A stretch of DNA of 64,000 nt from an uncultured Pseudomonadota bacterium (lineage in GTDB: Bacteria; Myxococcota_A; Polyangia; Fen-1088): NCBI GenBank assembly GCA_963831685.1, contig CAWHRJ010000015.1:62305-126304 (forward strand), written 5' to 3'. Shown piece after piece: positions 1 through 9,128 of the stretch; the stretch's first letter is position 1, and the number at the start of each line of letters is the position of its first letter. The position numbers were made by a program, and so were the translations under genes. The notes below the pieces were generated by a model. It searched no databases and was not told the DNA's origin. It saw only the letters and a program-made list of their open reading frames with translations.

Positions 1-1257
1 CGCGCGCCGGCGATGGCCGCGTCGTAGACCTCGTCCAGCGTCAGCGCGCGGTTCAGCTCGGCGGAGGCGCGGTAGAAGCGCTCGTGCTCGTGCTTGGAGC
101 GCTCGACGGCCTGAAACACGCGCTCCGACTGCACGACGCGCACGACCTGGTGCGGCGGCGCTGGTCATGAGCGCCAGCGCGGCGTCGTCGAACTTCCGCC
201 TCGGCGATCCGGTCGCCGACCAGGACGCCGCGCGGCGTGCGCCCCTCGACGCACGGGGACGCCGACGAAGGCGCCGACGGTCGACCGGGCCGCGCGTAGT
301 ACGGCAGCAGCGACAGCTCGCGGCGCCTCCGAGCACGAACGGGTGCATCTCTTTCAGGATCGCGCCCAGCACGCCGCCGCCCGCGGCGATCGCCCCCTCG
401 GCGATGTGCGGCGAGTCGGTGCACAGCTCCTTGACCTTGAGCCGCTCGCCCGTCTCGTCGAGCCAGAGCAGCGCGCAGGTCTGCAGCTGCAGCGACGAGC
501 GCAGGAGCGCCAGGTTGTAGTAGAGCTGCTGGTGGATCGTCTGGATCGATCCCTGCGACAGCTTCTCCTGCTCCTCGGCGCGGGTGCGCACGCGGCTCTC
601 CGACGACAGCGCGGTGGCGATGAGGCGAAAGTCGCGCGCCTCCTCGCGCATCGCCGCCACTTCGTCCTCGAGGCGGCTGCTCCGCTCGCGCCGCTGGCGC
701 GCCACCTCGGCGTGCAGAAAGACCACGTTCGAGCAGCGCGAAAACGGCGATGAAGACGACGTGCCCGGGGAAGGCGCCCGCCGCCTCGGGCGTCGCGGTC
801 GGGCCGAACGACAGCACCGCTTCGAAGCCGACGGCCGCGGCGGCCAGCGGCAGCCCGACCCACAGCCGGTGGAACGTGACCAGGAAGCTGACCACCGCGT
901 AGACCAGCGGGTAGACGGGCGAGGTCACGCCGCCCCAGACACGCCAGCAGGACGATAGACCGTGGTCAGCAAGAGCAGGCCAAGCTCGGCGTCGGAGACG
1001 GCCTCGCGGCGCGGGGTGCGGCGGCGCTCGGTGGTGCGGACCCGCGCCGAAATCTTGAACACCAGGAGGCCGGTCAGCACCGCCGCCGCGGCGACGCGTC
1101 GCAGGTCGGCGCCCGGCAGGCGCAGGTCGGGGAACCATCCGCGCCAGAACAGCACCAGGAACGCGCCGCAGACGGCGAAGGCCAGCACGGCGCGGACGAA
1201 CCGACCCAGCTGGTAGCCGAGGCGCTCGGAGAGGCGCGACTTGCTCTTGCCTTTCAT
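1..1257 (-). pseudogene. membrane-anchored GAF-domain sensor protein; 3' end runs off the window; at least 6 frame changes as sequenced
   Basis: ORF 925..1257 gives an N-terminus with TM helices (MKGKSKSRLSERLGYQLGRFVRAVLAFAVCGAFLVLFW). A plausible protein continues only by frame hopping: VYPLVYAVVSFLVTFHRLWVGLPLAAAAVGFEAVLSF (frame of 53..1291); EVARQRRERSSRLEDEVAAMREEARDF...TCALLWLDETGERLKVKELCTDSPHIAEGAIAAGGGVLGAILKEMHPFVL (hand translation of about 325..720); VFQAVERSKHEHERFYRASAELNRALTLDEVYDAAIAGA (1..120). The start ATG overlaps the ftsB stop (ATGA at 1254..1257). Confidence 0.5.
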
Positions 1258-1607
1258 GGCCGCGACGTCCCCAGGTCGACGACGATCTCACCGGGGCGCA
1301 CCCACCCGAGGTCGGCGCGCGCGACCCGCTCGATCGCCGCCGGATCGCCGCGCAGCGCCTCCGCCTCGCGCTCCAGCCGATCGTTTTCGGCCGCCAGCTC
1401 CCGGTTGCGCGCGCGCAGCGCCGTCAGGTCGCGCCCGAGCGTGATCGTCTTGGCCAGCCCCGAGCGCGTGTACAAATGATAGGGGACGAGGGCGAGCACG
1501 AACGCGACGACCGCCGCGGCGCCCAGTCGGCCAGCCCACGTCTTGGTCTCCCGGCGCATGCGAGCTTCCGCGGGACCAGTATCAGGTCCCCCGGGAAGCC
1601 CGTCCAT
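1254..1607 (-). CDS. ftsB: FtsB/DivIC-family septum formation initiator
   Basis: 117-aa ORF with one TM (AAAVVAFVLALVPYHLY), then the coiled coil LTALRARNRELAAENDRLEREAEALRGDPAAIERVARADLGWVRPGEIVV typical of FtsB. The internal ATG at 1559 (GGAAG upstream) is an alternative start. Confidence 0.75.
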   Translation of the reverse strand: MDGLPGGPDTGPAEARMRRETKTWAGRLGAAAVVAFVLALVPYHLYTRSGLAKTITLGRDLTALRARNRELAAENDRLEREAEALRGDPAAIERVARADLGWVRPGEIVVDLGTSRP

Positions 1608-1649
1608 TTTCAGGGGTACCGGCCCCCCGAGGCCGCTTTAGCGGCCGCT

Positions 1650-1925
1650 TTAATAGGTCTTGCCGACGCCCATGGACTCGTTTTGGCCCAGGGCGGAGGG
1701 GATCGATTCGTCGGGGGAGCGGCGAAGCTTGTCGCGCAGGTCCTCGCGCAGCTCGGCGCCCGGCTTGGGGGCCAGGAGGAGCGCGATCCCCGCGCCGACC
1801 AGCAGGCCGAGGCCGAAGGTCCCCAGCGTCCCGGCCAGGTAGGCGCCCGTCGAGTGTTTGCTCTCGAGCCCGATGAGCCCGAGCACGTCGTCCTTGTCGA
1901 GATTCCGCAGGTCCTTGAGATTCAT
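1650..1925 (-). CDS. YtxH domain-containing membrane protein
   Basis: Internal ATG at 1925 of ORF 1650..2180, preceded by GGAGGA. GTFGLGLLVGAGIALLLAPKPGAELREDLRDKL matches the YtxH TM + APKxGxExR pattern. The upstream part of the 176-aa ORF is Arg/Ser/Pro junk. Confidence 0.7.
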   Translation of the reverse strand: MNLKDLRNLDKDDVLGLIGLESKHSTGAYLAGTLGTFGLGLLVGAGIALLLAPKPGAELREDLRDKLRRSPDESIPSALGQNESMGVGKTY

Positions 1926-1941
1926 GGTCGCTTCCTCCGAG

Positions 1942-2343
1942 TTAACGCTCGCCGCTGGGCTTGGCGGTCGTGCTGCCCCGCCGGCCTTTGCCTTTGCTGT
2001 CGCTGTCGTTCTCGCCGGTGAGCGCGTCGGCGAGGACCGAAATTTCGTCCTTGAGCATGGGGAGGATCGCCAGCCGCACGCCGATGCGCAGCCCCAGCGC
2101 CACGATGCGCGAGGTGAGCGGCGTGAACAGCCCCCCGCCCAGCACGTATCCGATCCCCAGCGCGGCGGCGACCGACCCATAGGGGTGCCGGCCGACGCGG
2201 TCGTCGATGGCGGCCGCGCGTTTCAGCTCGGAGACAGCGCCGCGCGTGCGATCCCAGGCCTTGTGCGCCGAATCGGTGACCCAGTCGGGGTGCTCGCCCT
2301 TCTGCCCGTGACCGTTGCTGGCGTTCGCTTCGTTGGACTCCAT
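1942..2343 (-). CDS. hypothetical membrane protein
   Basis: 133-aa ORF with GGAAGGA upstream and high GC3. Central Gly-rich hydrophobic stretch VAAALGIGYVLGGGLFTPLTSRIVALGL. No family recognised. Confidence 0.5.
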   Translation of the reverse strand: MESNEANASNGHGQKGEHPDWVTDSAHKAWDRTRGAVSELKRAAAIDDRVGRHPYGSVAAALGIGYVLGGGLFTPLTSRIVALGLRIGVRLAILPMLKDEISVLADALTGENDSDSKGKGRRGSTTAKPSGER

Positions 2344-2369
2344 GACGGTGTCTTCCTTCCGCTTTCCGC

Positions 2370-2567
2370 TCAGGCCCGACGCGCGATCTTGCCGATCAGG
2401 AAACCGAGCGCGATGGCGCCGAGCAGACAGCGCCCGGGGTTCTCCTTGATGTAACCGCCGACGTCGCTGTTCAGCGAGGTGAGGCGCCGGCGCGCCTGGT
2501 CGATCTGCGGGCGCACGCGCGCACCGACCTGCTTTACGGTCGCTTCGATCTGCTCCGTCATTTCCAT
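2370..2567 (-). CDS. DUF883 (ElaB/YqjD-like) membrane-anchored protein
   Basis: 65 aa with GGAGGG upstream. Helical N-part and C-terminal anchor IKENPGRCLLGAIALGFLIGKIARRA, resembling the DUF883 tail. Confidence 0.55.
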   Translation of the reverse strand: MEMTEQIEATVKQVGARVRPQIDQARRRLTSLNSDVGGYIKENPGRCLLGAIALGFLIGKIARRA

Positions 2568-2582
2568 GGTGTCCCTCCGTTG

Positions 2583-2822
2583 CTATCGCCGGTACCCCAG
2601 CCAGAACCCGAGGGCGATCGCGCCGCCCAGGAAGCCTGCGGGCTGCCGGCGGACCCAGCTGCGCCAGTCGGTCCGCCGCGCGACCTCGTGGCGCAGCGCC
2701 AGCAGCGACGACTCGACCCGCTCGCGCGCCCGCTCCACGTCGGAGGCGGCCTGCGCGAGCGCATCGCCGCCGCCGGTCGACGTCCGGGCCGATCCCCCCT
2801 CGAGCAGCTGCCGGTCGGTCAC
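2583..2822 (-). CDS. hypothetical tail-anchored membrane protein
   Basis: 79 aa with a helical N-part and C-terminal TM FLGGAIALGFWLGYRR. The GTG start overlaps the stop of the upstream gene (GTGA at 2819..2822). Confidence 0.45.
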   Translation of the reverse strand: MTDRQLLEGGSARTSTGGGDALAQAASDVERARERVESSLLALRHEVARRTDWRSWVRRQPAGFLGGAIALGFWLGYRR

Positions 2823-3271
2823 GTCGTCCGCCCCTCGAGCGCCCGCCCTTGCACGGGGCGCGCGAGCGCGCTGGCGCTGTTCTTCGCCTCCACCACCGTG
2901 TCGCGCATCAGCCGCGTGCGCCGCATCTTGGCGATCGCCCAGCCGACCGCGAGGGCCCCTAACAAGAGGTGCAGCGCCGCCACGACGGCGAACGCGAGCG
3001 GCGCGCCCCAGAGACGCGCCAGGCCAAAGCCGGCCGCTATCCAGGCGAACACGTAGCCGGTGGCCAGCACCGCGCCGGCGACCGCCAGAACCGCGACGCT
3101 CTGCCCGTAGGACTTGAGGTCGGAGGCCAGCTCGACCCGCGCCAGCTTGATGTGATCGACGATCAGCGTGCGAAGGCCGTCGACCGTCTCGCGGACGAGG
3201 TCGACGATCCCTTCACGCTCGTCGGTTTCAACCTGCCGTGCTGCCACAGGTTCGAAGGTAAGCACGGCCAT
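2819..3271 (-). CDS. phage holin family protein (Holin-X/DUF1469-like) membrane protein
   Basis: 150 aa. LIVDHIKLARVELASDLKSYGQSVAVLAVAGAVLATGYVFAWIAAGFGLA plus a second TM fits the holin superfamily III layout. The surrounding genes are stress-type membrane proteins, not prophage genes. Confidence 0.5.
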   Translation of the reverse strand: MAVLTFEPVAARQVETDEREGIVDLVRETVDGLRTLIVDHIKLARVELASDLKSYGQSVAVLAVAGAVLATGYVFAWIAAGFGLARLWGAPLAFAVVAALHLLLGALAVGWAIAKMRRTRLMRDTVVEAKNSASALARPVQGRALEGRTT

Positions 3272-3299
3272 TGCGGCCGCAAGGCACCCACTTCAACCT

Positions 3300-3908
3300 T
3301 CAACGAGGTTGGCCGTCGAGCGGCGCCGGACAAAGGTCGCGCAGCTTGCACCCTTTGCAAGCGGCGCCGCGCCAGATTCGGTCGAGCATCTCTTGCGCCC
3401 GATCGAGCAGGCCGTCGTCGGCGCCGGCGAAGCCGAGCTCGAAGTTGCGCCGGCCCGCCCCCTTGGCGCCGAGGCCGGCGCCAGTCCAGTTGGCGCTGCC
3501 GACGTAGACGAACGCGCCGTCGACGATGACGGTCTTGAAGTGAACGCGCGGGCAGGCGCGCAGCGCGAGCGCTTTCCCGAGCCGCCCGCTCTTGGCGACT
3601 GCCGCCCGAAACGCGCGCGAGGGCGGGCCGGCGTGCAGGATCCGCAGCTCGACCCCGCGCCCGGCCAGCTCGTCGAACACCTCGAGAATGGAACGGTAGC
3701 GCGAGCGGCCGGCGCGCCCTCCCGTGCCCAGGGTCCGGCGGCGGCCGGGGACCGCGCGGTGATCCTCGACCATCAGCTCCTTGAGATTGGCGGTGGCGAT
3801 CCAGACGCTGTGCTTCGCCTCCATCGCGGCGCGCACGACGCGCTCGTAGTGGCCGCGGCCGCCCACCAGCTCGAGCGTGAACGCGCGCGCCGGCTCGACG
3901 AAGTCCAC
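3300..3908 (-). CDS. phospholipase D-like (single HKD, Nuc-like) domain protein
   Basis: 202 aa with HKD motif HFKTVIVDGAFVYVGSANWT and a C-terminal Cys cluster CKGCKLRDLC. Lies 14 nt downstream of rmuC on the same strand. Confidence 0.7.
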   Translation of the reverse strand: MDFVEPARAFTLELVGGRGHYERVVRAAMEAKHSVWIATANLKELMVEDHRAVPGRRRTLGTGGRAGRSRYRSILEVFDELAGRGVELRILHAGPPSRAFRAAVAKSGRLGKALALRACPRVHFKTVIVDGAFVYVGSANWTGAGLGAKGAGRRNFELGFAGADDGLLDRAQEMLDRIWRGAACKGCKLRDLCPAPLDGQPR

Positions 3909-3921
3909 CGCGTCCCGCGTC

Positions 3922-5409
3922 CTACGTTCCGTCGTTGCTGGCCGGCGACAGCGCCAGCGCCAGCGACGTTTGCGGGAGGGCGCGGGGCCGCTCCGCCGGC
4001 CGTTCGGTCGGCCGTTCGATCTTGGTAATCGCGGCGCGCACCTCGATCTCTTCCACCTCGGGGAGCTCCTTCTTGCCGCGGGCGTCGAGCTCCTCGAGGC
4101 GGCGCGCCGAGACTGTCACGCGGCCGGTGAACGAGCTCAACGTCTGGTTGAAGTGCTTGACCGACTGGTTGAGCGATTGCCCGAGGTCGCCGAGGTACTC
4201 CAGCACGGTGGCGATTCGATGATGGAGATTGCGCCCCTCGTCGCTGATCCGTTGCGCGTTCTCCGCCAGCCGCTCCTCGCGCCACCCGAAGCTGGTGGCG
4301 AGCAGGAGTCCGAGCAGCGTGGTCGGCGTCGCCAGCAACACCTTTTGCGTGACCCCTTCTTCCATCAACCCCGGCATCTGTTCGAGCGCGTGGCTATAGA
4401 ACGAGTCGCCCGGCAGGAACATCACCACCAGCTCCGCCGACCCCGCGAACCCTTCCCAGTAGCTCTTCGAGGAGAGCTTGCGGACGTGGGCCTGGACCTG
4501 CGCCGCGTGCTGCTGCAGCTTGGCCGCTCGTATCGCCTCGTCCTTCGTCTCCAGCGCCTCGAGATACGCTCCCAGCGGCGCCTTGGCGTCGATGATGATG
4601 TTCCGGCCGCCCGGCAGCCGCACCACCATGTCGGGCCGCAGGCGCCCCTCCTCGCCGTCGACCGTGACCTGCTCCTCGAAGTCGCAATACTCGAGCATGC
4701 CGGCCAGCTCGACCACCCGGCGGAGCTGGATCTCCCCCCAGCGCCCGCGCACGGCCGGCGCCTTGAGCGCGCTCACCAGATTGCCGGTCGCGTCGCGCAG
4801 CTTCTCCTGCGTCTCGGCGATCGTCTGCATCTGTTGGCGGATGGCGCCGTAAGCGGTGCCGCGCTCGCGCTCCATCGCGCGGACCTGCTCGTCGACCTTC
4901 TCCAGCGAGGCGCGCACCGGCGCGACCATCCCTTCGATCGCCTTCTGCTGCGCCTCCTGCCGGGACGCGAGCTCAGCCGACGTCTCCTTGCGCACGGCGC
5001 CGAACCGCTCCGTCGCCAGCGCCAGGAAATCCTCCTGGCTGGCGCGCAGCGCCTCGCCCGCCAGCGCCTGGAACGTGTCGCCCAGCTGAACCTTCGCCGC
5101 GTCCAGCAGCGCCCGCTGCTCCTCGAGGCGGAGCCCGAGCGCCTCGGCGCGCGCCGCCTCCTCGGCGTGCTGTCGCTCGACCTGTCGCAAGGCCGCTTCG
5201 AGACCGTTGGCGCGCCCCTCGGCCTGGCGGGCCTGATCGCCGAGCGCCTCGGCGCGCGCCGCCGCCGCGCTCGCCCGCGTCTCGGCGTCGCGCAGCAGCT
5301 TTTCCGCCTTCGTCTGCGTCCGCGCCGCCGCCAGCATCCAGGCCAGCGCTGCCAGCGTGCCGCTGCCGACCAACGTGACGACGACCACCGTCAGAAGCGA
5401 CAGCTCCAT
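3922..5409 (-). CDS. rmuC: DNA recombination protein RmuC
   Basis: 495 aa with an N-terminal TM, a long Ala/Glu/Arg coiled coil and a C-terminal RmuC core (GRNIIIDAKAPLGAYLEA, VVMFLPGDSFYSHALEQ, KVLLATPTTLLGLL). Confidence 0.85.
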   Translation of the reverse strand: MELSLLTVVVVTLVGSGTLAALAWMLAAARTQTKAEKLLRDAETRASAAAARAEALGDQARQAEGRANGLEAALRQVERQHAEEAARAEALGLRLEEQRALLDAAKVQLGDTFQALAGEALRASQEDFLALATERFGAVRKETSAELASRQEAQQKAIEGMVAPVRASLEKVDEQVRAMERERGTAYGAIRQQMQTIAETQEKLRDATGNLVSALKAPAVRGRWGEIQLRRVVELAGMLEYCDFEEQVTVDGEEGRLRPDMVVRLPGGRNIIIDAKAPLGAYLEALETKDEAIRAAKLQQHAAQVQAHVRKLSSKSYWEGFAGSAELVVMFLPGDSFYSHALEQMPGLMEEGVTQKVLLATPTTLLGLLLATSFGWREERLAENAQRISDEGRNLHHRIATVLEYLGDLGQSLNQSVKHFNQTLSSFTGRVTVSARRLEELDARGKKELPEVEEIEVRAAITKIERPTERPAERPRALPQTSLALALSPASNDGT

Positions 5410-5497
5410 GGCTGGATACTATCCACCCGTTCAGGTCAGGGCAAGAAATCGCGCGGGGGTGCCGCGGCTCCGCAAAAACCAGAAGTAAAGTCGCCGG

Positions 5498-5950
5498 TTA
5501 TTGGCGACCACGCCCCGTGAAGTAACCGATTTCCAGTGTCCCGGGCCCGCGCGTTTCGACCGGGCCGTTCCGCAGCAGGAACGACGTCGCGCAGTCGGCC
5601 AGCGAACCATCGGCGCCCGCGTCTGCCCTCACGTTCGTGAGGCGTCCCCTGCCGTCGACGGAGGCCGAGAGCACGAGGTAGCTCGACGATTGGACGGCGC
5701 ACCGCGAGGCTGTCTCGGTCATGCGCCGGCGCAGCGCCTCCTCGTGAAACAGCCCTTTCGTTCGTTGCGTCGGCCCGATGTGGAGCGGCGGACCGTCGAC
5801 GGAGGAACCGCCCGCGAGGCGCGAGAACGGCCGGGCCCGAATGACCGGCACCCAGGTCTTGCTCGGCACCGGGACCACTGGTCGCGAGGTGGCGAAGGCG
5901 GCAATGGACGGTCCGCAGAGGGCGGCCGCGGCCAGCAGGCCGAGCATCAT
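5498..5950 (-). CDS. hypothetical secreted protein
   Basis: Internal start MMLGLLAAAALCGPSIAAFA (signal peptide) within ORF 5498..6115. No family recognised. A 6-bp hairpin (5490..5508) overlaps the stop. Confidence 0.45.
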   Translation of the reverse strand: MMLGLLAAAALCGPSIAAFATSRPVVPVPSKTWVPVIRARPFSRLAGGSSVDGPPLHIGPTQRTKGLFHEEALRRRMTETASRCAVQSSSYLVLSASVDGRGRLTNVRADAGADGSLADCATSFLLRNGPVETRGPGTLEIGYFTGRGRQ

Positions 5951-6113
5951 CTTGCCCCACAGCACGAAGGGTGACGGTGTGAACGACACGGCAGAGGGAC
6001 ATCCCGGGGCGTCGCAGGTTCCCGGCCGTTCGCGCGCTGCGTTCACCAATTTTTGAAAAAGGTTAACCCCCCCTTGCCGCCCCCACCGGGGGCGCTCTAT
6101 ACCGGAAGGCTGC

Positions 6114-7201
6114 ATGGCCGAGGGCGGTATCAGTCAGCGCAAGGCCGAGCATCTGGCCATTGCGGCGTCGGGGGCGGCGGACTTCCACCGGCCGACGCTG
6201 TTCGAGGACGTGCGCCTGCTGCACGCGGCGCTGCCGGAGCGCGCGGCGGCCGACGTCGATCTGTCGACCACGTTGCTCGGCCGCGCGATCCGCGCGCCCC
6301 TGATGGTGACCGGGATGACCGGTGGTACGCCCGAGGCGGGGGAGATCAACCGCGCGCTGGCGGCGGCGGCGGCGGCGCACGGGATCCCGTTCGGCCTCGG
6401 CAGCCAGCGCGCGATGCTGCTGCACCCGGAGCTGGCGCCGACCTACGAGGTGCGGCGCGCGGCGCCCGACGTCTATCTGTTCGCCAACTTCGGCGCCGTG
6501 CAGCTGGCGGCGCTGCCGACGGCGGCGGTGCGCGAGGTGGTGGCGCGCGTGGAGGCCGACGCGCTCTGCATCCACTTGAACCCGGCGCAGGAGATGGCGC
6601 AGCCGGGGGGCGATCGCGATTTTCGCGGCGCGCTCGACGGCATCGCGCGCGTCGTCGCCGAGCTGGGACGCCCGGTGATGGTGAAGGAGACCGGGTGCGG
6701 GATCTCGCCCGCGGTGGCGCGCCGGCTGGTCGCCGTCGGCGTGCGCGCGATCGACGTCTCGGGCGGCGGCGGGACGTCGTGGACCGCGGTCGAATCGCAC
6801 CGCGCCTCGGGCGCGGAGAAGGCGCGCGGGCAGGAGCTGTGGGACTGGGGGATCCCGACGGCGGCGGCGGTCGCCTGGCTTTCGGCGGAAGGGCTGCCGG
6901 CGGCGGGCGTCGACGTCGTCGCCTCGGGCGGAATCCGGAGCGGACTCGATCTGGCGCGCGCGCTGGCGCTCGGGGCGCGGGCGGGTGGCCTCGCGCAGCC
7001 GGCGCTGCGTGCGGTGCAGGAGGGGGACGCGCGGGCGGCGAAGCGTACCTGCAGCAGGTGATCGACGGTCTGCGCGCGGCGGTGCTGCTGACCGGCCTGC
7101 CGAAGGCGAGCGATCTGGCGACGGCGCCGCGCGTGATCACCGGAGAGCTCGCCGCCTGGATTGCGCAGAGGCCGCCCGCCTGGCCGGCGCAGAGGCCATG
7201 A
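6114..7201 (+). pseudogene. fni: type 2 isopentenyl-diphosphate delta-isomerase, one frame change near 7043 as sequenced
   Basis: [17 protein letters not shown]...[10 protein letters not shown]...[11 protein letters not shown]...[10 protein letters not shown] is typical IDI-2. The conserved C-terminus [41 protein letters not shown] is in the frame of ORF 6053..7201. The stop overlaps the mvk ATG. Confidence 0.8.
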
Positions 7202-8142
7202 CGATGGCGGGCGATGCCGCTGCACCGCTCGGCCGCGGCTTCGGCCACGGCAAGGTGATCCTCGTCGGTGAGCACGCCGTCGTTCATGGCCACCCGGCGC
7301 TGGCGGCGGGGATCTCGACCGGGATCGCCGTGGAGGCGCGCGCCGGGAAGGGCCTCCTGCGCGTGCCGGCCTGGAACCTCGAGGCGTCGGCCGGCGACGG
7401 AACGCCCGTCGGCCGCGCCCTGGAGGCGATCATCCGGCGGATCGAGGCGCCCGCGCTCGACTTCGAGGCGGACGCGCGGATCCCGTCGCGCGCGGGGCTC
7501 GGCAGCTCGGCGGCGCTGGCGACGGCCGTCGCGCGTGCGGCTGCGGCTGCGGCCGGGCGGACCGACGCGGAAGAGGCGATCGACGCGGCGGTCGCGGCGG
7601 CGGAGGAGATCTTCCACGGCAAGCCGTCGGGGATCGACGCCGCGGCGGCCAAGAGCGGCGTGACCGGAAGGTTCACCCGCGCGGCGGGTTGGCGGCCGGT
7701 GCCGGTGCTCCAGAAGATCACGATCTGCGTCGGGCTCTCGGGGCGGCCGCGGGACACGGCGGCCCAGGTGGCGGCGGTCGGGCGCCTCGCCGAGCGGTTG
7801 CCGGCGGCACGCGAGATCCTGGCGTTGCTGGGGCGGCTCTCCGACGACGCGGCGGCGGCGCTGGCCAAGGGGGACGTCGACGGGCTGGGGCGGATCATGG
7901 ACGCCGCGCACGGGCTTCTGGCGGCGCTGCGTGTCTCGTCGCCCGAGCTCGAGACGCTCGTCCACACCGCGCGGTCGGCCGGCGCGGTCGGCGCCAAGCT
8001 CACCGGCGCGGGCGGCGGCGGCGCGGTGATCGCGCTCGCGCCCGGCCACAAGCGCGACGTGCTCGCGCGCTGGCGCGCCGCGGGCTTCGACGGGTTTCTC
8101 GCCGATATCGTCGCGGCGCCCGCACCCGGAGCGGCGTCATGA
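7198..8142 (+). CDS. mvk: mevalonate kinase
   Basis: [31 protein letters not shown] plus GHMP motifs ([26 protein letters not shown]). ATGA overlap with fni (7198..7201) and with mvaD (8139..8142). Confidence 0.85.
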   Translation: MTMAGDAAAPLGRGFGHGKVILVGEHAVVHGHPALAAGISTGIAVEARAGKGLLRVPAWNLEASAGDGTPVGRALEAIIRRIEAPALDFEADARIPSRAGLGSSAALATAVARAAAAAAGRTDAEEAIDAAVAAAEEIFHGKPSGIDAAAAKSGVTGRFTRAAGWRPVPVLQKITICVGLSGRPRDTAAQVAAVGRLAERLPAAREILALLGRLSDDAAAALAKGDVDGLGRIMDAAHGLLAALRVSSPELETLVHTARSAGAVGAKLTGAGGGGAVIALAPGHKRDVLARWRAAGFDGFLADIVAAPAPGAAS

Positions 8143-9128
8143 CCGCCGCCACCGCCGTCGCCGGCACCAACATCGCGCTCGTGAAGTACTGGGGGAAGCG
8201 CGACGAGGCCCTCAACCTGCCGGCCACCGGCAGCCTGTCGCTGACGCTCGACCGTCTCGGCACGCGCACGCGGGTCGCCTTCGATGGCGGCGACGGCGGC
8301 CGCGATCGGGTCACGCTCGACGGCGCGCCCGCCGCCGAAAAGGTCGCCGCGCGTGTGACCGCGTTTCTCGATCGCGTGCGTTCACGGGCCGGGATAGCGT
8401 CGCGCGCGACGGTCGTCACCGACAACAGCGTGCCGACCGCATCGGGGCTGGCGTCATCGGCGTCGGGCTTCGCGGCGCTGGCGGTGGCGGCGGCGCGCGC
8501 GGCCGATCTGGAGCTGACGGCGACCGAGCTGTCGGTGCTGGCGCGGCTCGGCTCGGGATCGGCGGCGCGCTCGATCTTCGGGGGCTTCGTCGAGATGGCG
8601 CGTGGCGCGCGCGCCGACGGCGGCGACGCCGCGGCAGAGCCGATCGCGGCCGGCGAGGGCTGGGACGTTCGCCTCGTCGTCGCGATCACCGCCGCCGGTG
8701 AGAAGGCGCTCGGCTCGACGGCGGCGATGCGGCGGACGGCCGAGACCTCGCCTTACTACGAGGCCTGGGTGCGCGGCGTCGACGGCGATCTCGCCGCCGC
8801 GCGCGCCGCGATCGCCGCCCGCGATCTCGCGGCGCTGGGCGCGATCGCCGAGCGGAGCGCGCTGCGCATGCACGCCAGCGCCATGGCCGCCGAGCCGCCG
8901 ATTCTCTACTGGAACCCGGCGACGCTGGCGGCGATGGCCCGCGTGCGGGCGTTGCGGGAGGCCGGAACGCCCGCCTTCTTCACCATCGATGCCGGCCCGC
9001 ACGTCAAGGTGCTGTGCGCGGCGCGCGACGCAGAGCCGATCGCCGCTGCGCTGGGCGAGGTGCCCGGCGTGCTGCGGACGCTGATCACCGCGCCCGGGCC
9101 AGGCGCCCGCATCGTGGAGGCGGCGTGA
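8139..9128 (+). CDS. mvaD: diphosphomevalonate decarboxylase
   Basis: [54 protein letters not shown] and FFTIDAGPHVKVL are hallmark MVD motifs. Confidence 0.85.
   Translation: MTAATAVAGTNIALVKYWGKRDEALNLPATGSLSLTLDRLGTRTRVAFDGGDGGRDRVTLDGAPAAEKVAARVTAFLDRVRSRAGIASRATVVTDNSVPTASGLASSASGFAALAVAAARAADLELTATELSVLARLGSGSAARSIFGGFVEMARGARADGGDAAAEPIAAGEGWDVRLVVAITAAGEKALGSTAAMRRTAETSPYYEAWVRGVDGDLAAARAAIAARDLAALGAIAERSALRMHASAMAAEPPILYWNPATLAAMARVRALREAGTPAFFTIDAGPHVKVLCAARDAEPIAAALGEVPGVLRTLITAPGPGARIVEAA

Noticed and set aside
53-1291. 412-aa minus-strand ORF spanning the first 1.3 kb
   Set aside because: Most of it is Arg/Pro/Ala-rich out-of-frame translation typical of very GC-rich DNA. Only short stretches coincide with the real, frame-hopping GAF-sensor gene.
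2819-3271. Holin-family gene as evidence of a prophage or lysis cassette
   Set aside because: No endolysin, spanin, terminase, capsid or integrase genes are nearby. The neighbours are YtxH/DUF883-type stress proteins.
6346-8049. 567-aa minus-strand ORF antisense to fni/mvk, together with similar long ORFs at 8906..10018, 10032..11246, 17820..19667, 19502..21397, 23549..25318 and 61179..62237
   Set aside because: These are shadow ORFs opposite well-supported genes. Their composition is dominated by R/P/G/A, with no motifs and no start-site context.
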